Shown here piece by piece: positions 62,313 to 64,000 of a stretch of DNA of 64,000 nt. The DNA comes from Abditibacterium sp. Lineage in GTDB: Bacteria; Armatimonadota; Abditibacteriia; Abditibacteriales; Abditibacteriaceae. The stretch covers positions 2,784,001 to 2,848,000 of the forward strand of contig OZ251992.1 of assembly GCA_965246885.1 (NCBI GenBank), given 5' to 3'. The notes under the pieces were generated by a model. That model had not been told where the DNA came from, did no database searches, and worked only from the letters and a program-made list of their open reading frames with translations. How positions within the stretch are numbered: position 1 is the stretch's first letter; every line of letters starts with the position of its first letter. A program made the translations under genes and the position numbers.

Positions 62313-62948
62313 CTACCCTTTCAAGTACCCCAACTCTACCGCTTCTTCGAGCATCGCGTCGGCCCACTCTTTCAGCCCCGGAATCGCGTCTAAGTCCGGC
62401 AACACGCGTTCCCGCACTTGGCCGATGGAAACGCCGTTTGCCCTCCACGCGCGGCCTTGGGTGGCGAAGTTGAGCAGCATCGGGCACATCCGGTCGAACG
62501 CCGCGACGAAGCGGGCTTCGGGGGTGGCTTTGGCCTCGTATTCCTCCCACAGCGCGCGAAACTCTCCGCCCTCCGTGTCGCCGAGCATGCCGAACAAGCG
62601 TGTTGCCGCCGCGCGTTCCCGTTCGAGGCGGCCCAACTGCGCGGCTTCGTCGGCATACGCGAAGGTATCCCCCGCGTCTATTTCGACTAAGTCGTGAACG
62701 AGCGCCATTTGCACGGCGCGCTCCCAATTGACTCCCGCCGCGCTCGCGGCATCGGAGAAAAGCAGCAGCGCGAGGGCCAAATGCCACGAATGTTCGGCGG
62801 AGTTCTCGTGCCGCGAGCCGTCACTCAAAAACGTCTGGCGCTCGACGCGGCGCAATTTGTCGGCTTCGAGCAAAAAGCGTAAGCGCCGCGTCAGCTTCGC
62901 ATCGGTGGGCGTCGCGGGAAAGCGCGCAGTGATGTCGTTGGGATTCAC
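62313..62948 (-). CDS. HD-domain hydrolase (HD_3 / YfbR-like)
   Basis: ENSAEHSWH, VHDLVEIDAGDT, EARFVAAFDR. Confidence 0.9.
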   Translation of the reverse strand: MNPNDITARFPATPTDAKLTRRLRFLLEADKLRRVERQTFLSDGSRHENSAEHSWHLALALLLFSDAASAAGVNWERAVQMALVHDLVEIDAGDTFAYADEAAQLGRLERERAAATRLFGMLGDTEGGEFRALWEEYEAKATPEARFVAAFDRMCPMLLNFATQGRAWRANGVSIGQVRERVLPDLDAIPGLKEWADAMLEEAVELGYLKG

Positions 62949-62965
62949 GGCGACAAGTCAAACGC

Positions 62966-62992
62966 AAAACGCCCCCGCGCGTGCGGGGGCGT
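62966..62992 (-). terminator. Rho-independent terminator
   Basis: Minus strand AACGCCCCCGC-ACGC-GCGGGGGCGTTTT. Confidence 0.75.
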
Positions 62993-63005
62993 TGGGGAGT
63001 AAAAA

Positions 63006-63689
63006 TTAAACTCCGGCGGGTTCGGGCAGGTTCTCGCGGTTGTGCATCCCGGCGCCATAAGTGCTGGCGCCGATGTTGGCGATGGTCGCTTCCCAATGCA
63101 GCCACTTGACGTGCCCATCGGCAAACAGGTAGTTGGAGCCGCCCAAGTGCCGGTCTTTGGCGATGTGGTTATCGAACTCGGTCGGGTCTGGCGCCGTTGC
63201 AGCCCCCACGAGCCAAGGGTGGTAATCAATGTCTGTCGCTCCGTTGGCGCGCTCCGACGCGATGATTTGTTCTGCCGTGTTCGACAAGCTGGACTGCGCC
63301 AACCCGTGCGCGATGAAGCCGTTGGCGACATAATCGCTGGGCGTGACGGCGCGGTTGGGCGCGTCGGTCACGGACGGGCAAACGAACAACTGCGTGGACT
63401 TGATGTAGGGCTGCAAGGGCTGGAACCAGTAGTAGCTGGGAATCGGGTCGCCTCCACCAGCGTTCTCGTGTTGCTGCATGTAATGCTCATCATAATCCTG
63501 CAAGTACTGCATGACGCCCAAACCCATTTGTTTAAGGTTGGATTGGCACGACGCGCGCCGCGCATTTTCCCTCGCGCGAGCGAAGGCGGGGAACAGAATC
63601 GCCGCAAGAATGGCGATGATGGCGATGACGACGAGAAGCTCTATGAGCGTAAACGCACGTTTCACCGAAATGGTTTTGTTCTGATTCAT
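63006..63689 (-). CDS. DUF1559 prepilin-type N-terminal methylation / H-X9-DG protein
   Basis: [50 protein letters not shown]. Confidence 0.92.
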   Translation of the reverse strand: MNQNKTISVKRAFTLIELLVVIAIIAILAAILFPAFARARENARRASCQSNLKQMGLGVMQYLQDYDEHYMQQHENAGGGDPIPSYYWFQPLQPYIKSTQLFVCPSVTDAPNRAVTPSDYVANGFIAHGLAQSSLSNTAEQIIASERANGATDIDYHPWLVGAATAPDPTEFDNHIAKDRHLGGSNYLFADGHVKWLHWEATIANIGASTYGAGMHNRENLPEPAGV

Positions 63690-63946
63690 GGATAATTCTC
63701 CGTCCCTCTGGGGACAAAGAAAGGATGCCACCTCCTTGCGCTTCTGCATAGAGAGCGTACGCAAAGAATTGAGACCGTTTTCTCAGTTAGCTCCCAGAAT
63801 CGTGGCGCCCGCGCGCCTTTTCTCTTTGCTCATCGCTTTTCAAGCAACGCCTTTGCCAATGTTTTTGGTTTGGATTGACCGTTGGTTTCCTCATTCGTAG
63901 GTAGTCGTTGTGTCCGGCAGGACACTTGGGCGCTTGCGCCCGGATG

Positions 63947-64000
63947 CCGGGGATTGGATATCCCCGATTCCGGGGCAGTTCGGGGATATCCAATCCCCGG
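63947..64000. repeat. REP doublet, family D (may extend past edge)
   Basis: CCGGGGATTGGATATCCCCGA / TCGGGGATATCCAATCCCCGG; each arm itself palindromic (GGGGAT...ATCCCC). Confidence 0.8.

Noticed and set aside
63700..63945. Cobalamin or other riboswitch upstream of DUF1559 gene
   Set aside because: No B12-box or other recognisable conserved riboswitch motif; hairpins fit REP-like elements better.

Overview
GC-rich bacterial chromosomal segment, mostly housekeeping genes. It carries a 5' part of secA running off the left edge, tig-clpP, atpD-atpC, murA, an mreB-like gene, tadA, uvrB, dusB, a fabH-fabD-fabG-acpP-fabF-rnc cluster, cysH, proS, dcd and four tRNAs. It also has transporters, sugar-modifying enzymes, a MoxR+bpX5-like pair, a large SpoIVB-S55/beta-propeller protein and two DUF1559 pilin-like genes. 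The gene mix suggests an Armatimonadota/Abditibacteriota-like organism (inference only). I saw no integrase, transposase, prophage or CRISPR array. Three things stand out. (1) SecA carries an in-frame insertion of roughly 640 aa in its preprotein cross-linking domain and is preceded by a small signal-peptide ORF plus a hairpin, which resembles a SecM-type secretion monitor. (2) At least seven short tandem arrays with an exact 21-nt period sit at gene boundaries or inside 5' gene extensions. (3) Several families of REP/REPIN-like palindromic elements occur, some with compensatory inner hairpins, and they repeatedly supply the stop codons of neighbouring genes. All product calls come from motif recognition, not database searches.
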